Below are positions 43,001-55,578 of a stretch of DNA of 64,000 nucleotides, piece after piece. Every line of letters begins with the position of its first letter. Position 1 is the first letter of the stretch. The stretch is from Trichoplax adhaerens (Eukaryota; Animalia; Placozoa): positions 3,076,152 through 3,140,151 of the forward strand of contig NW_002060944.1 in the NCBI RefSeq assembly GCF_000150275.1. The letters are read 5' to 3'. Below the pieces are notes generated by a model. It was not told the DNA's origin. It was given only the letters and a program-made list of their open reading frames with translations, and made no database searches. The position numbers were made by a program, and so were the translations under genes.

Positions 43001-46000
43001 TGATGCTAACCCTTTGTAAGTGAAATAATTCGAAAAAATGAAGTTTATCGACTGTATTATATTAATATAAGTGCCTTTAAAATATTACAGAATTTGATAA
43101 TTTAAAGTGCAATTTTGAATCGGGTTACTGCGGCTGGACTAATGTTGGCTTTGACAATTTTGATTGGACTCGAAGATCTGGCTCAACCTATAGTATTAAT
43201 ACTGGACCTGATTATGATCATACCTTGCAGACGCCAAACGGTAAGCATGTGAGCACATAGTATACTGTAATTCGAAAATATTATATTTCCCGACTATTTC
43301 AAAGATATTATATCTATGTGCAATATAGAGAACTTTAATGAATTTACCTTTTATGCATAAAGTGAACTAAACCTGAGAAAAAATTTAAAATACAGGTTAT
43401 TATGCATATATGGAAGCCTCTGATAGACACGCTGGAGAGAAAGTTATATTAGTTAGCAGAGTTCTGAATAATAAACGACCGATATGCTTTTCATTTTGGT
43501 ATCATATGCATGGTAAACGAGTCGGCAAATTATTAATTAAGGTTGTAACTAAAAATTCAACCGAAGTATTATGGGTAAAGGAAGGTAGTCAAGGTCAAGA
43601 TTGGAAAGAAGCAAAGATCAATATAACGACTATTCCACGAGAATATCAAGTAATACATCGTGTATTTTAAATATACCCATATATTAAAATCTTCTCCGGA
43701 ACTACTTTCTCTAAATAGTTAATTGCATTAATATAGTGCAATTCCAATTCCAATCGTTATCGAAATCCTAATAATCTAGTACGCTATTATTCTACACATT
43801 AGTAAAATAGCTGTACTCCTTCTCTAACATTAATTAAATGTCAATACTATCATATATAGCATTTTCTAATTGTTACACATATTTACTGACTTTTAATGTT
43901 GACTCTTAATTATGTGTGTACTACTTTATATATTGGGTAATAATATCAACTTATGTAGGTATTTATTATTTTAAGAGAAATCCATTCTATTTGACATGAC
44001 TGTAGTAACGATGCTATTAAGCTGATGTCCATAAGAGGGAGAAATTTTACAAATCACTAAAGTTTTAGATTTTTATCAGGTCGATCAATTTTACGTTTTG
44101 GTACATAATAATTTCTATTAATGCATAGTATAAAGATTCGGATTAAGCTTTACATTTGTCATGATACAGTTTATAATGAAAAATTTATAGTTAAGCAATC
44201 AAAATAAGGATTTTTGCTTTTGCTAAAAAATTCTGATTTTATTGATTTAGTAAGCATTTACGACATTAAAACTCATGGTTTATACGCAACATATAGATTC
44301 ATATCGTAGCAGTTTGTGGCCTTGACTGGTCAAGTGATATTGCAATTGACGATATCGAAATAAATGAAGGCAGTTGTGGTTGGTATTTATGATATTACCC
44401 CTATTAAAATACATGATTTTTTCATGGTGATAAAATTAGCATACTGAATAATTCTCTAGGCATACACCCATGTAACCAGAATCCTTGCAAGAATGGTCGA
44501 TGTAATATCATCAGCTCTGTTAGCTATACATGTGACTGTTGGATAGGATATGAAGGAAAACACTGCGAAATCTGTTAGTATTAATAAAATACACTAAAAA
44601 TTAAATATTTATTTTATATTGCTCTCTTAGATATCACAATCTCTTAGCCATTTTAATTGATCTTAGTTAAAGGATATAAAGCGTGCGAAAGTAATCCTTG
44701 CCTATCGGGCACTTGCGTAAGCTTGGCTAATGGAAGGCGATATAAATGTCAATGTCCTCCCGGATTTACAGGAGCTCAATGCTTACGAAGTAACTAATAC
44801 TCACATCATTACAAAATCTTACTAATTCAGAATTTGCTTTCCGACAATGTATAGTCTTACCTGGCTAAATTTTTTAGAGAGTGACAATATTTAATAAATC
44901 GACACCGGAGTATAAAACGAATCTTTTTCAGTTACTAAAATTTATAAGAACCACGTTAGCAATTTAAATTTAGCTAATAATAATATATGATTTACTCAGT
45001 AATTGTGATAGGCTATATTGCTAATAATTTATGGTATAGTACATTTACTAACAATATGATACTAACCTTTAAGGTTTTAATTTTATCTATATAACAGCCA
45101 TAAAACAATCTAGTCGTCAAATCAGACAGGCAATCATGAATTATCCACTTACAGTAATTGACAGAAATAGAATAGAAAGCGTTACTTTATTTTTCCAATA
45201 TAAGCATGACGATTTCTAAACTATTAAGTCATCACTGCGTGGAATACATCGTTAACAATCTCGATTTTAATGCTTGCGCATAGCTTAATAGAAAATTTTT
45301 CGTTTATATTTATAGTTTCGAACTGGACATGCGATTTTAAAAAAGATTTTTGTTCTTGGGAGCAAAGTGATTTAGATACATTAGACTGGGAATTCGCTGA
45401 GTTGGAAAATCGTGGTAAGTTAAGTCAGATCAAAATTAGATACTGTCTGATAAGTCACAGGCAGATATCAAATATGCCTGGCATAGAATTTCAGTGCAGA
45501 ATACAAATAAATTTTTATTTTTACATGAATTGTATCGATACAGAAAATATGATGATACTAGCTCAGTATCATTTATTAATGTTTAAGAATTAAGACTAGG
45601 CGTTTTACAGAAGAAGAGCACATCATTATTCGTACTGCAATTTATTTTACGAGATTAATATTTGTATTTTATTATGATCTTCATTGCAGATCGGTACTTA
45701 AGTTTATTCAATAGAGATGGGAGCAATGGCTTTGCTATTATCAAGAGTCCATTACTGCAAGGCAATGATAAACTGTGCTTCAAATTTTCCTATCTTATCG
45801 TCGGTAATACGACATCATTGGCTGTAACCACCTCCTTTAACGGCAAAATCTGGTCTAAAGATGGTGGAAGGATAAATACTTGGCGTAAAGCTGCAATTAC
45901 AATCGATAAAGTAGACCGTTATGTTCTCTTCAAGGTATCAATATTAATTATTCTTTGTCCGTAAATTATACCAATCATTATCCGAATCTTGAGTACATTT

Positions 46001-48397
46001 AGAATTAAAATGAAATCTTTCGACATAGATTTATATCACAGCATTACGTCGTCGAGGAGACGGAAGGATCGCACTTGATGATGTTCAGCTACTTCCCGGA
46101 AAATGCCGTAAGTGAGGCAAATTTCTTAAATTTTTAGCTTTACTAACCCGCAAGGATCATAACAGTTATAATAAGTACCAGAGTAAATTTAAACTATATC
46201 AAAACTTTAAGGCATAACGTAAAGATTTTATTATTTTCCATTTTACCATATTTCATCGGATAAATATCATGATACAGCGGCTATCTGGGATTATGAAGGT
46301 AAATTAAAAGTAGTAGATAGACAAAATGTTCTAATTAACGATTTCTATTAAAATGAAATGAACGTTAAATGATTTTTATTATCCTATCATAGAAACTATT
46401 TATAGTTTTATAGTTGTATGATTTACAGAATTTGATATTTGTCTCATCACAAATTCGTCTAACAATATACAAACTTCTTCAATTTTATAAATTATCGATA
46501 TCACAGCCAACTTAGATTGCAACTTTCAAGATGACTTCTGTGCTTGGAATAATGCGTTCTTCGATGATTTTGATTGGGGAAGAAGGTCTGGTCCTGTAAC
46601 AACTACATCTATTGGAGCTAAAACGAGTACTAAATTGCGTCCAGGTGCTTAAGTACATCATCAAAAATTAAAATTCGATAAGTATTTATACATTCTAGTT
46701 TATCTTTAAATGTAGAACTATCAAGCACAAGTGATCAATAAAATTCTATATTCAAACATAATTATTAACATAAGTTCCTTATTTCATTAATAGACTATTA
46801 CGCTTTCATCGATGGTATTACCAACATGGAAACTAATCGTGCGGTATTAGTTAGCCCAGACATGAAAAGCAGTGGTAACCGATTTGAACTTACTTTTTCC
46901 TATCATATGTATACCTATGTTGTTGGAACATTATCAATCTCTACAACATATAACGGTGTCATTTGGACTAAAAGTGGCAGTCAAAGCGTTAGTTGGTTGA
47001 GTGAAAAGATACCTATTAACGTTCCTAAAGGACAAGAATATCAAGTAAGCCTATTTCATCACTGCATTGCACATACATATATATCGTATTTCGGTAAATG
47101 TCAATATTTATATAAAATAATTCGAAAATTATATTGTGATGGATATATAGCTACTAGAATATTGGACATCTTCAATTTTTTATTATTGTTATAATTAGCG
47201 TTGATTATGTTATTTAAATGCTATCATATTGCCATCGGATTTGTGCCAGTATTGATGAGCATAGCCATTTCATAAACTATGATGGGGGTTAATTTAAGCC
47301 CATATTTACATCTTTCTATAGATTCATATTTCTGCCACAGCAGGTTATGCCAATTTAGCTATCGATGATATTATCTGGAGAAAAGATCAACGTAAGTACT
47401 TTCCTTTATCGTATCCTTTGAGTAACATATCATTTAGTACAATTCATTCAAACTCGATAAAGGTGTTTTAGTGCAAATCTGATTTTCTATTATCCATTGA
47501 TTTCCTATTTGTCCATTATAATTAATTATATCTAACAATACATTAGGTGCAGAAGAAATTCAATCGATTCGAGCGATACCCAATCATCCAAGATGTGGTA
47601 TAGCTAACTCTATACCTCGGATTGTTGGCGGTAGTGTTGCTTCTCCTCATAGCGTTCCATGGCAAGCGTTATTGACTGTGCATACTACGATAGGGAATCT
47701 TCGGCGTAGAAGTACTTGTGGTGGCTCATTAATTAATGAAAACTGGCTCATTACAGCAAGTCATTGTGTATCGAATAAACCATTTCTAGTTGATATTGAA
47801 TTTGGACGGCATAATCTTTTAGCAGAAGAGAACTATACTAAGCAAACAAGGATCGCTAAGTCTATCTTTCTACATCCCATATTTCAAGATAAATATTCCT
47901 ATTTGCATATTAAAGATATGGATGCTGATATTGCTTTAATTAAGCTTAATGCACCAGTAGCTATTAATAATTTCGTGCGGCCAATATGTTTTCCAGCAGC
48001 TAATGATACATTTAATGAATTTAACTCATGCAAAATCTCTGGTTGGGGTAGAACAGCTGGCCAGCCGAGTCATATCTTACGTTATGCCGATGTCCCTATC
48101 TTGAATCAGAAACTTTGTAATAGTACCCATTCTTATAATGGTCAAATAACTTCTAACATGTTATGTGCTGGTTATATGCAAGGCTACACAGATGCTTGCT
48201 ATGGTGATAGTGGTGGTCCACTATCATGTAAGCATCGTCCAGATGCAGTCCCATCTGCGTATTCAAATCGATGGTATTTAGCTGGTGTCATTAGTGGTGG
48301 ACAGGGTTGCGGACAAAAATATTACCCTGGTATTTATACAAGCGTAACAACAATACCCATTTACAAATGGTTATCAAAAATATTAGAAAATAACTAA
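40010..48397 (+). CDS. Secreted MAM-MAM-EGF-EGF-MAM-MAM-trypsin-like serine protease (paralog F, intact, 16 exons)
   Basis: Exons 40010-40085, 41611-41781, 41925-42169, 42454-42544, 43091-43240, 43396-43649, 44297-44378, 44460-44573, 44667-44789, 45316-45414, 45690-45934, 46029-46107, 46507-46644, 46794-47044, 47322-47391 and 47547-48397. Motifs PR/IVGG, TASHC, DIAL and DACYGDSGGP (Asp189) are present. Confidence 0.9.
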
Positions 48398-51300
48398 TAA
48401 ACTGTGTCAATGTTTCCAAAGTAAATGTTAGTATCTAGCTGTTAGATTTTTTAATTTTATTCTATATATATTGTTTTATCGCTGTATGTTTTCTACTATT
48501 TTTAGACATTTTACTTTCAGTTTAGCTATTATAAGTTCATTTATTCTAAACTTCAGTAAATTAGACGATATGGCTACTGTAACATATCGAACCGCTTAAA
48601 TGCTACATTAGAAAAAAACATAAATAGGAAACAATGGCCAACTGAAATATTAATTATCCGATAAAGCTGGCCTAAGTTAACATTTTGCAACAAAAATTTT
48701 TGTTGTAATTTTCAATAATTTTATATCTTGACTTCAATTCACAGGTATGTGATATCTTAATATGCGATAAAAATATATCAGTTTTTGGCGGCCGTTAGTT
48801 AATGATTCGATTGTACAACACCATAAATTGCCACTCAAACAAGATAAACGCCTATTCATGATAATGATACTTTTCCCGAAAGCGATATCATTACTTATAA
48901 AGATCGGTATCTCAATATTTTATAAAGTAGTATCAATGCTTGCATCCTATAGCTGGAGAGAGGTAAAATTAAAAAATTGATTCCTAATCCATAAATACAA
49001 AGGTGATGGCTAGTAGCGTCTGATTTTAATTCTAGGCTAAAATTAGAACCGAAAATATTTTATGAATAGTATCATGTAGGAGCTAAAGAAACGCAATAAA
49101 ATAATTTTCCCCTCAATTTCACATTGAGCGAAAAATTAAAGCCTTTAGCTTACATGGAATATACTTATGGCATAAACTTACATAATTGATCATCTTAATA
49201 CCATAAAAATATTAACACAACCCATTTGAATATACGTTCATATATATGACTACTTAGTGAACAAACTTGGATATGCTACTAAAATACGGTAAATTTTAAA
49301 TTTCTTGCAAGTTATGAAATTAATATCATTAGTAGACACATGAAAGGAAGTATATTATACCTTTAATGCTGCTCTACGAATCTGTCTTGATTGTATAATT
49401 TGTAGTTAGAAATTTCCAATTTGAGCTTATGTTGATGCATTTCTAGTATTATTCACGAACATTTAATAAAGATGAAGTATAGATATCATTATTATACCAA
49501 TTTTTTATGAACTCTTGATTCTGTAGTTACGAATCTTCATGTGGTAAAGTAACAATGAGTGCATGTAGTAAAATAGCTTTCCGCCATTTTGCTTCTATGT
49601 ATTTTAATCATGAGGCATAAATCCAGACTCATATGAATGCTAAAATAATAAATTATTATGGCGCAGCTAATGCTAAGAAAAATTATATAGTCTAGACGTA
49701 CTATACTATTGGCGTGCATACAGATGATCGATAATATTAATTCGATCAGTATTTGAAAATGCACAGTTCTAGAGTTTTAAGGCTTCTACTGAAATTATTG
49801 AGAATCATCTACATTATTAATCCTAAAGCTATTGTATTAATGAATCTACGAAAATCTGGAATGGACGAAGAAGCTTATTATATTTTGTTATTTCTATCGC
49901 TATCATGTGAACCCATTCTATCGCTAGAATATCTTAACAATCAATGTAATATCTTGCCACATGCAAATATTAAATGAGATCATGTTTGATTTAAATATAA
50001 TCCTCTAATGATACAGCACTTAATAAATTAATCATCGTTTATCCAACTTGTACTAATTCAAGTTTACGCCGGATGTAAATTATGCAGCATCTCGCAAACA
50101 GATATACTGTTTTTATCCTAACTCAAGATTTTATTGATTGTGTATCACAATTATCCTCTTATGAATAAGCCCACATATTAATTTTAATGAATACTGTAAT
50201 ATTTTCGCATCATTAAAACATTCTATAAAAAATATCCGGTATGTGCTAAAAATATGCTTTAGGAGATAAATTTTATTCGCCTACAATTAAGAATGCAAAA
50301 CAACATAATATTTGTTTTGGAATAATCAGTCACCTTCACAAGAGGACCATTCTGGTTAAATAACATAACCGCATATTGGCATTTCCTATTCTAATATTTT
50401 GATTATATAATTATTAGGCTTTGCTATATTTAGCTAACTATAGTTATAATTTTAAAAATATTCGATTGCTTTTGTTATTTCTACTTTTCTTTTATACTAT
50501 ATTTAATAATGAAAAAATGCGGAACAGTATAACATCACTTTGATCGTGAACTTTAGGATATACAAGTTGTGAATGCTTTATTATGGTAGATCATAAATCC
50601 ATGAGTATGAATAGGGCAATGAATAAGATTTACTGTATAATGTTTTCAAGTGTGGTAGCAAGAAGCGAACCGCAATTTATGAAAGCCAAGAACTTATTAA
50701 AAGCTCACCTTAGACAGTTCTTGTAATCTAATCAGCAGACAGGAAATTGAAGAACAGGGCAATTGTATACTGGTAATGCCTAAAAATATAGGGTGCTTTA
50801 CCCTATCTTATGTGCTAGTTTTTAAATGTAAGGTTCTGATCTGATTGTTGATGAACCAATCTAAAAATATCCGATATTTTACTATGATGAATGAAATACT
50901 CATGATTTATAAAGTTATGCATGGCTTAATACCAAAAGTAAGTAATATAAAAGTAACGTACCGGTACCATATGAACAGCTGTAATAGTTATTATATTTCG
51001 ACGAATAAAATATTTACAGTTGGTGGTTTAAACTATAGCATAGATATATTTATTCATTTATTTATTTGTAAAAGACTAGTTTATAATTACTTATTTAATA
51101 CGATATTAAGTTTTGGCTATAAATAGGTTAAATCGGATCTGTAAAATATCAATCAACTTTTTAGTCAAAAATAACGCTACCGGTATTGTCTAAACACCAA
51201 TACTTAATATTTGCAGCTGGCAGTTATATTGAAGAAAGGCCACTGCCCATAAAACTAGGAAAATTAGTACATAAGATCGACTTACCTATGTGCACAGAAT

Positions 51301-54300
51301 ATTCAATTTTCTTTACTAGTTTATTTCATCTATCAAGTTCTATTTGCGACCAGCCAAAGCACAATAACAATTTCATTTATTATGAGATCAAGTGAGGGCA
51401 AATGGTATACGCGTTATACTCGTATGATCATTTAAGAATTGATCCAACCGGAATTAAATATTTTAAAGAGTCCTTGAATCTATTTTATTGGCTTCAGTTC
51501 ATATTTATTCCTATTTCATAAACAGCTATTAAATTTTAGATAAACATTTTAAGATTCCTGATTAATACGATCTTCTATACGATATCAATTGATCAAAGTA
51601 TCATAATAAAAATCTTGTATTCTTGTACGTATCATAACATTTTCGTATCATGTGAGGATTATAATAGATTGGTGCTAACGAATTTCTCGAACTTTTAGGG
51701 CCATTTCAGTGAAAACAAGCTTAGCTATAACAAGATATATGGCATTAAAAAAAAATTTGTTAATGCAAGTCTGTAAGATAAAATTCATAGTTTCATTCAT
51801 CATATCCTGTGTCCAACAATTTCTTTTTGATTGGATAGCGATGCACTAGCCTCTAGGATTGTAATTATTTTTATTATTTGATATTCAATAGTAAATTTTA
51901 TAAAGAGCTAATCGTTTTTTTTTTAAATAAAAAACACTAATTTTATTTCCATATATTGGAGCATTCTTGTTCATTTTACGCTTTATTAGCATCGCGATTT
52001 ATTAGTATTAGCAAACAAATAACTAATTTAAGATTACAACCCAATAATAGCTGACGACGTTAATACCATACGCAACTGTAATTAGCTTTTGTACTTTATT
52101 ACAATAATCATTACTTATGACTAACTGATAGTTATTTTTAGATTAAATTTGTAAAAGAATATCTTAAAATTCATGTTCGTAATTCAACTACTTACTGAAA
52201 ATTCCTCTATTTCGTGGTCAACAATTGCATTTTTAAATAATTATGAATGCTTAGTTTTGTTAACTGATTGCGATAATGTTTACAGGTACTATACTCATTA
52301 GTAACAGTAGATTAATCATGGAAAATATGAACTTTGTTATCTCTGAATATAGAAATAGTTTAAATTTAAGTATTTGATTATAATTAAATTAGTTATAGCC
52401 TTTATGTGATTGACGACAAGTCAAAGGGTAATTTTAATTATAAAATAGATGCTACGTCATCATATTGCAACCATAATTTCATCACAGATTTCTCTTGGTT
52501 TATTTCCAAATTATGATATTCTAGCTACATTTAGTGCCGATAAAGTTGACTTCAAAGTCAGAATACTTGTAAAATAACAAATAATTAGAAGTTCATGTAC
52601 ATTATAGCCAAGCAAACCGTATAAATTTGTAAGTTTTATTTATATTCACCTTTTTTCGCAGCAGTCCCTAAAAGAAATACAACGTTATAATTTATTTAAC
52701 TATAGACTACTTTATTAAATTAAAATTTTTTTCATATAAAGTTCGACGTAGACCGGGTTTATAGATCTTATTACGTCATTAACTCTCAAATTCTGCATTA
52801 TTTGAAATACACGTATACATAATTCATGATAATAAGTCAACAAACAGATTAAAATAAACCCATGTGAAGTTGTAAACATACCATAAACAGTTTCAGCTTA
52901 ATCAATAATATAACTTGATTGATTAGATTAGAATAGCTTCGCATTATAACGTGCGGAAAATAATTTTGTATCAATTTTAACATATTTTCTTCATTCTCAT
53001 CACGAAAAGTTAACTCAATCTAATAGCATATTATAGACATAGTTTTAAAAAAATAAACCAATTAATCGCGAGCAATGGCATGAAATTCGACTAAAAAGAA
53101 ACTAAAGGATATATAATTGTGTTTATTAGAATACAAAATTTATTACTCGAAATTCTTATTAAATAAACGTAGATAGATCTGATCAATGCTAGACAATCGT
53201 ATAATTTTTTACGGCAAAATAATAACTGCACGGTATGCTAAGTCAAGCAGGTAATACAATAATAAAAATTAAATTCTTTATTTAGTTACGCCATTATTTC
53301 AGGTTTATTTATAATTTAAGATTTTATTATTAACAAAATAAGAAGTTTCTTGGGTATCAACATGCTGCAATCTATAGATTTCAGTAGTTTATAATCTATT
53401 ATTTCATAGAGTAACAGAATATTACATGATATTGACCTTGAATTAAGATGCTGCAAGTAATAGTCCGGTCACTGGAAAACGATAGATTGATATGATGATA
53501 TCGATAGTCACTGCAATTCTAAATAACCTCTTTCATATTTTATAGCACATATGTATTACTGTGACTTAAAAAACCTAGAAAAAGCTATTATTATTAACTT
53601 ACTGATTATATTTAAAATCTTTCGTTTAATAATTGAAGATCAATTTGGCTTAATATAATCTCGAAGATGATCTGAAAACACCTGTCAATAAGCTCTTGGA
53701 TATGGACGCTTGCAATAATGAAGAGAAGTGGGTGTTTAAAAGAATCTAAATTTTAGTATTTAACTATTTTTACAGATTGATGAATGAAAGAAAATTAAAA
53801 TTGCAGACGTCATAAGTACTCAAACTGCTCTATAACATTTATAATTAATAGGTATTATTACTCGTCATTATTGATTCTACAAAACAGAATTATGCTAATA
53901 ATTTATATTTAGACGTAAAAACTATCATCGTTAACATCACCAATAAGCAGGATTATTGTGAATGCGTAAAATTTATTTCATCACATTATCACCCACTCAA
54001 AATAATTTTGGATGATGTGGGTAGGTTTCAATTTTGTGAATACTGTGAGATATTGTGTAGATAATAATGAAATAGAGAAATAAAATATTCTATCGGCTAC
54101 TATCTTGAATCTTCTTATTAGTTGATATTTAATTTTGTTTATTTCAACCCACGGCTTCCGATGGACTGTTCTATTTCACTTGATATTAATTATAAGGCTG
54201 TTTTTTATCCTAGTTGTCAAAGCTTAAACATGATAAACGAATAAGAGATTGATTACTAGTTGATATTTGGAAATTAAGGTGTGTTAATGTTATTGACGAG

Positions 54301-54604
54301 AAAAAAAATGCCCGCATTGTCTATTTTGTATTCTAGTAACTAGCGATCGGTACTCTGGTGTCGAATTCTAACAATCACAATTAATCTACTCTGGTTAAAA
54401 CTTAGTAATATAATGTTAATCCGCCAATTGAGCTTTAGTTACTCACCTGATTAAATAAAGTTGGACAAATAATTAAGGTAAGACAATATCGATATTATTG
54501 GCTTCGATAATCGTTATATCAACATGTTTGTCTTTGTAAACTTGACATTATGGTAGTTTGAATAAAATTAAAAGAGGCATTTATTTATGATGCTCTAACA
54601 AGGC

Positions 54605-54612
54605 TATAAATA
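54605..54612 (+). promoter_or_regulatory. TATA box of the small secreted-peptide gene
   Basis: CTATAAATAG is followed by a plausible non-coding exon ending at donor G/GTAAG (intron 54719-55291, acceptor TTTTTTAG), 29 nt before the ATG at 55321. Confidence 0.6.
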
Positions 54613-55320
54613 GTCCTACCAGTCGTTCCTTTCTCTATTCACACACTTGCAGAACATCATTTGGTTAAGTCAAATTATCAGCTAACTTACTCTGGTCCAA
54701 ATTGAAATACATAACTGGGTAAGAAATGTAATTATTCAGCTAAACTATTGCTATATCTTTTAATCATCCTTTATAGAGTTAGCTTCATGAATTCACAGCA
54801 GTACCAACTCTGTTTCGCTTTCCTTCACCACTTTATCATAACTAGTATTTGCTTTACGTTAATTTGTATTTGTGAAGCCGTCAAATACTTTATACTTGAT
54901 TGAATTTTTCCCTCTTTCGACACATTAGGGTTGTACAATCTAGCGATATTTTGTGCGTAATTATTTTCTGTTCTGAAATCGTAGTAAGATATTGAAAAAG
55001 TTGTAAGTTACAATAATTGCAGCTGATAACTGACATTGGTAGATCTTTAGCCATTGTACGTTTGCGGTTAGATAAGAGAATATTATTGCGATATTAGCTA
55101 GAACTACAGTGCCAGTACTTGATTTCATGACATCGTTGAACGGTACGGCCTTAGTCGATACGCAATGATTATTTTTTCTGTCTAGATATTGATAATTTGA
55201 TCAATTCATACTTGTATATCGTATACGATTGTTCTAAAATATTGGTAAATCTTATCCTAATTATTCTTACTTATTATAAACTATTTTTTAGAATCGAATT
55301 ATCTAGCCTCACGCATAAAT

Positions 55321-55578
55321 ATGAATTCAAATTTTAGAATAACTTGGATGGCTTTATTTATTTTCGCCTTTATGGTAACCATGAACGCTGCTATACCATT
55401 ATCGTCTAACTCTCAAGCTCATCGACAGTTAATTAAAGATAATTTAATCCATCCCATGGATGAATCAAACCAACATCTTCATCATGAGATCATTCATAAA
55501 TTGCACAAAGTATTACATAACGAATTAGCTAAAACAAAAAAAGAAGATAGTAGCGATCCTGATATTTGGTTTGGTTAA
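55321..55578 (+). CDS. Small secreted precursor (85 aa), candidate amidated neuropeptide (..DIWF-amide)
   Basis: Hydrophobic signal peptide (MNSNFRITWMALFIFAFMVTMNA), His-rich spacer, dibasic KK, acidic EDSSDP and terminal WF-G-stop. There is an upstream TATA and 5'UTR intron, and AATAAA at 55654-55659. Confidence 0.75.
   Translation: MNSNFRITWMALFIFAFMVTMNAAIPLSSNSQAHRQLIKDNLIHPMDESNQHLHHEIIHKLHKVLHNELAKTKKEDSSDPDIWFG

Noticed and set aside
48688-48705. 18-bp palindrome CAACAAAAATTTTTGTTG
   Set aside because: It is mostly an A/T homopolymer with no associated element, plausible by chance in AT-rich DNA.
49537-51395. Short ORFs of 69-93 aa in the intergenic region
   Set aside because: Their low-complexity I/L/Y/K composition is typical of random AT-rich frames, and there is no motif or splice support.
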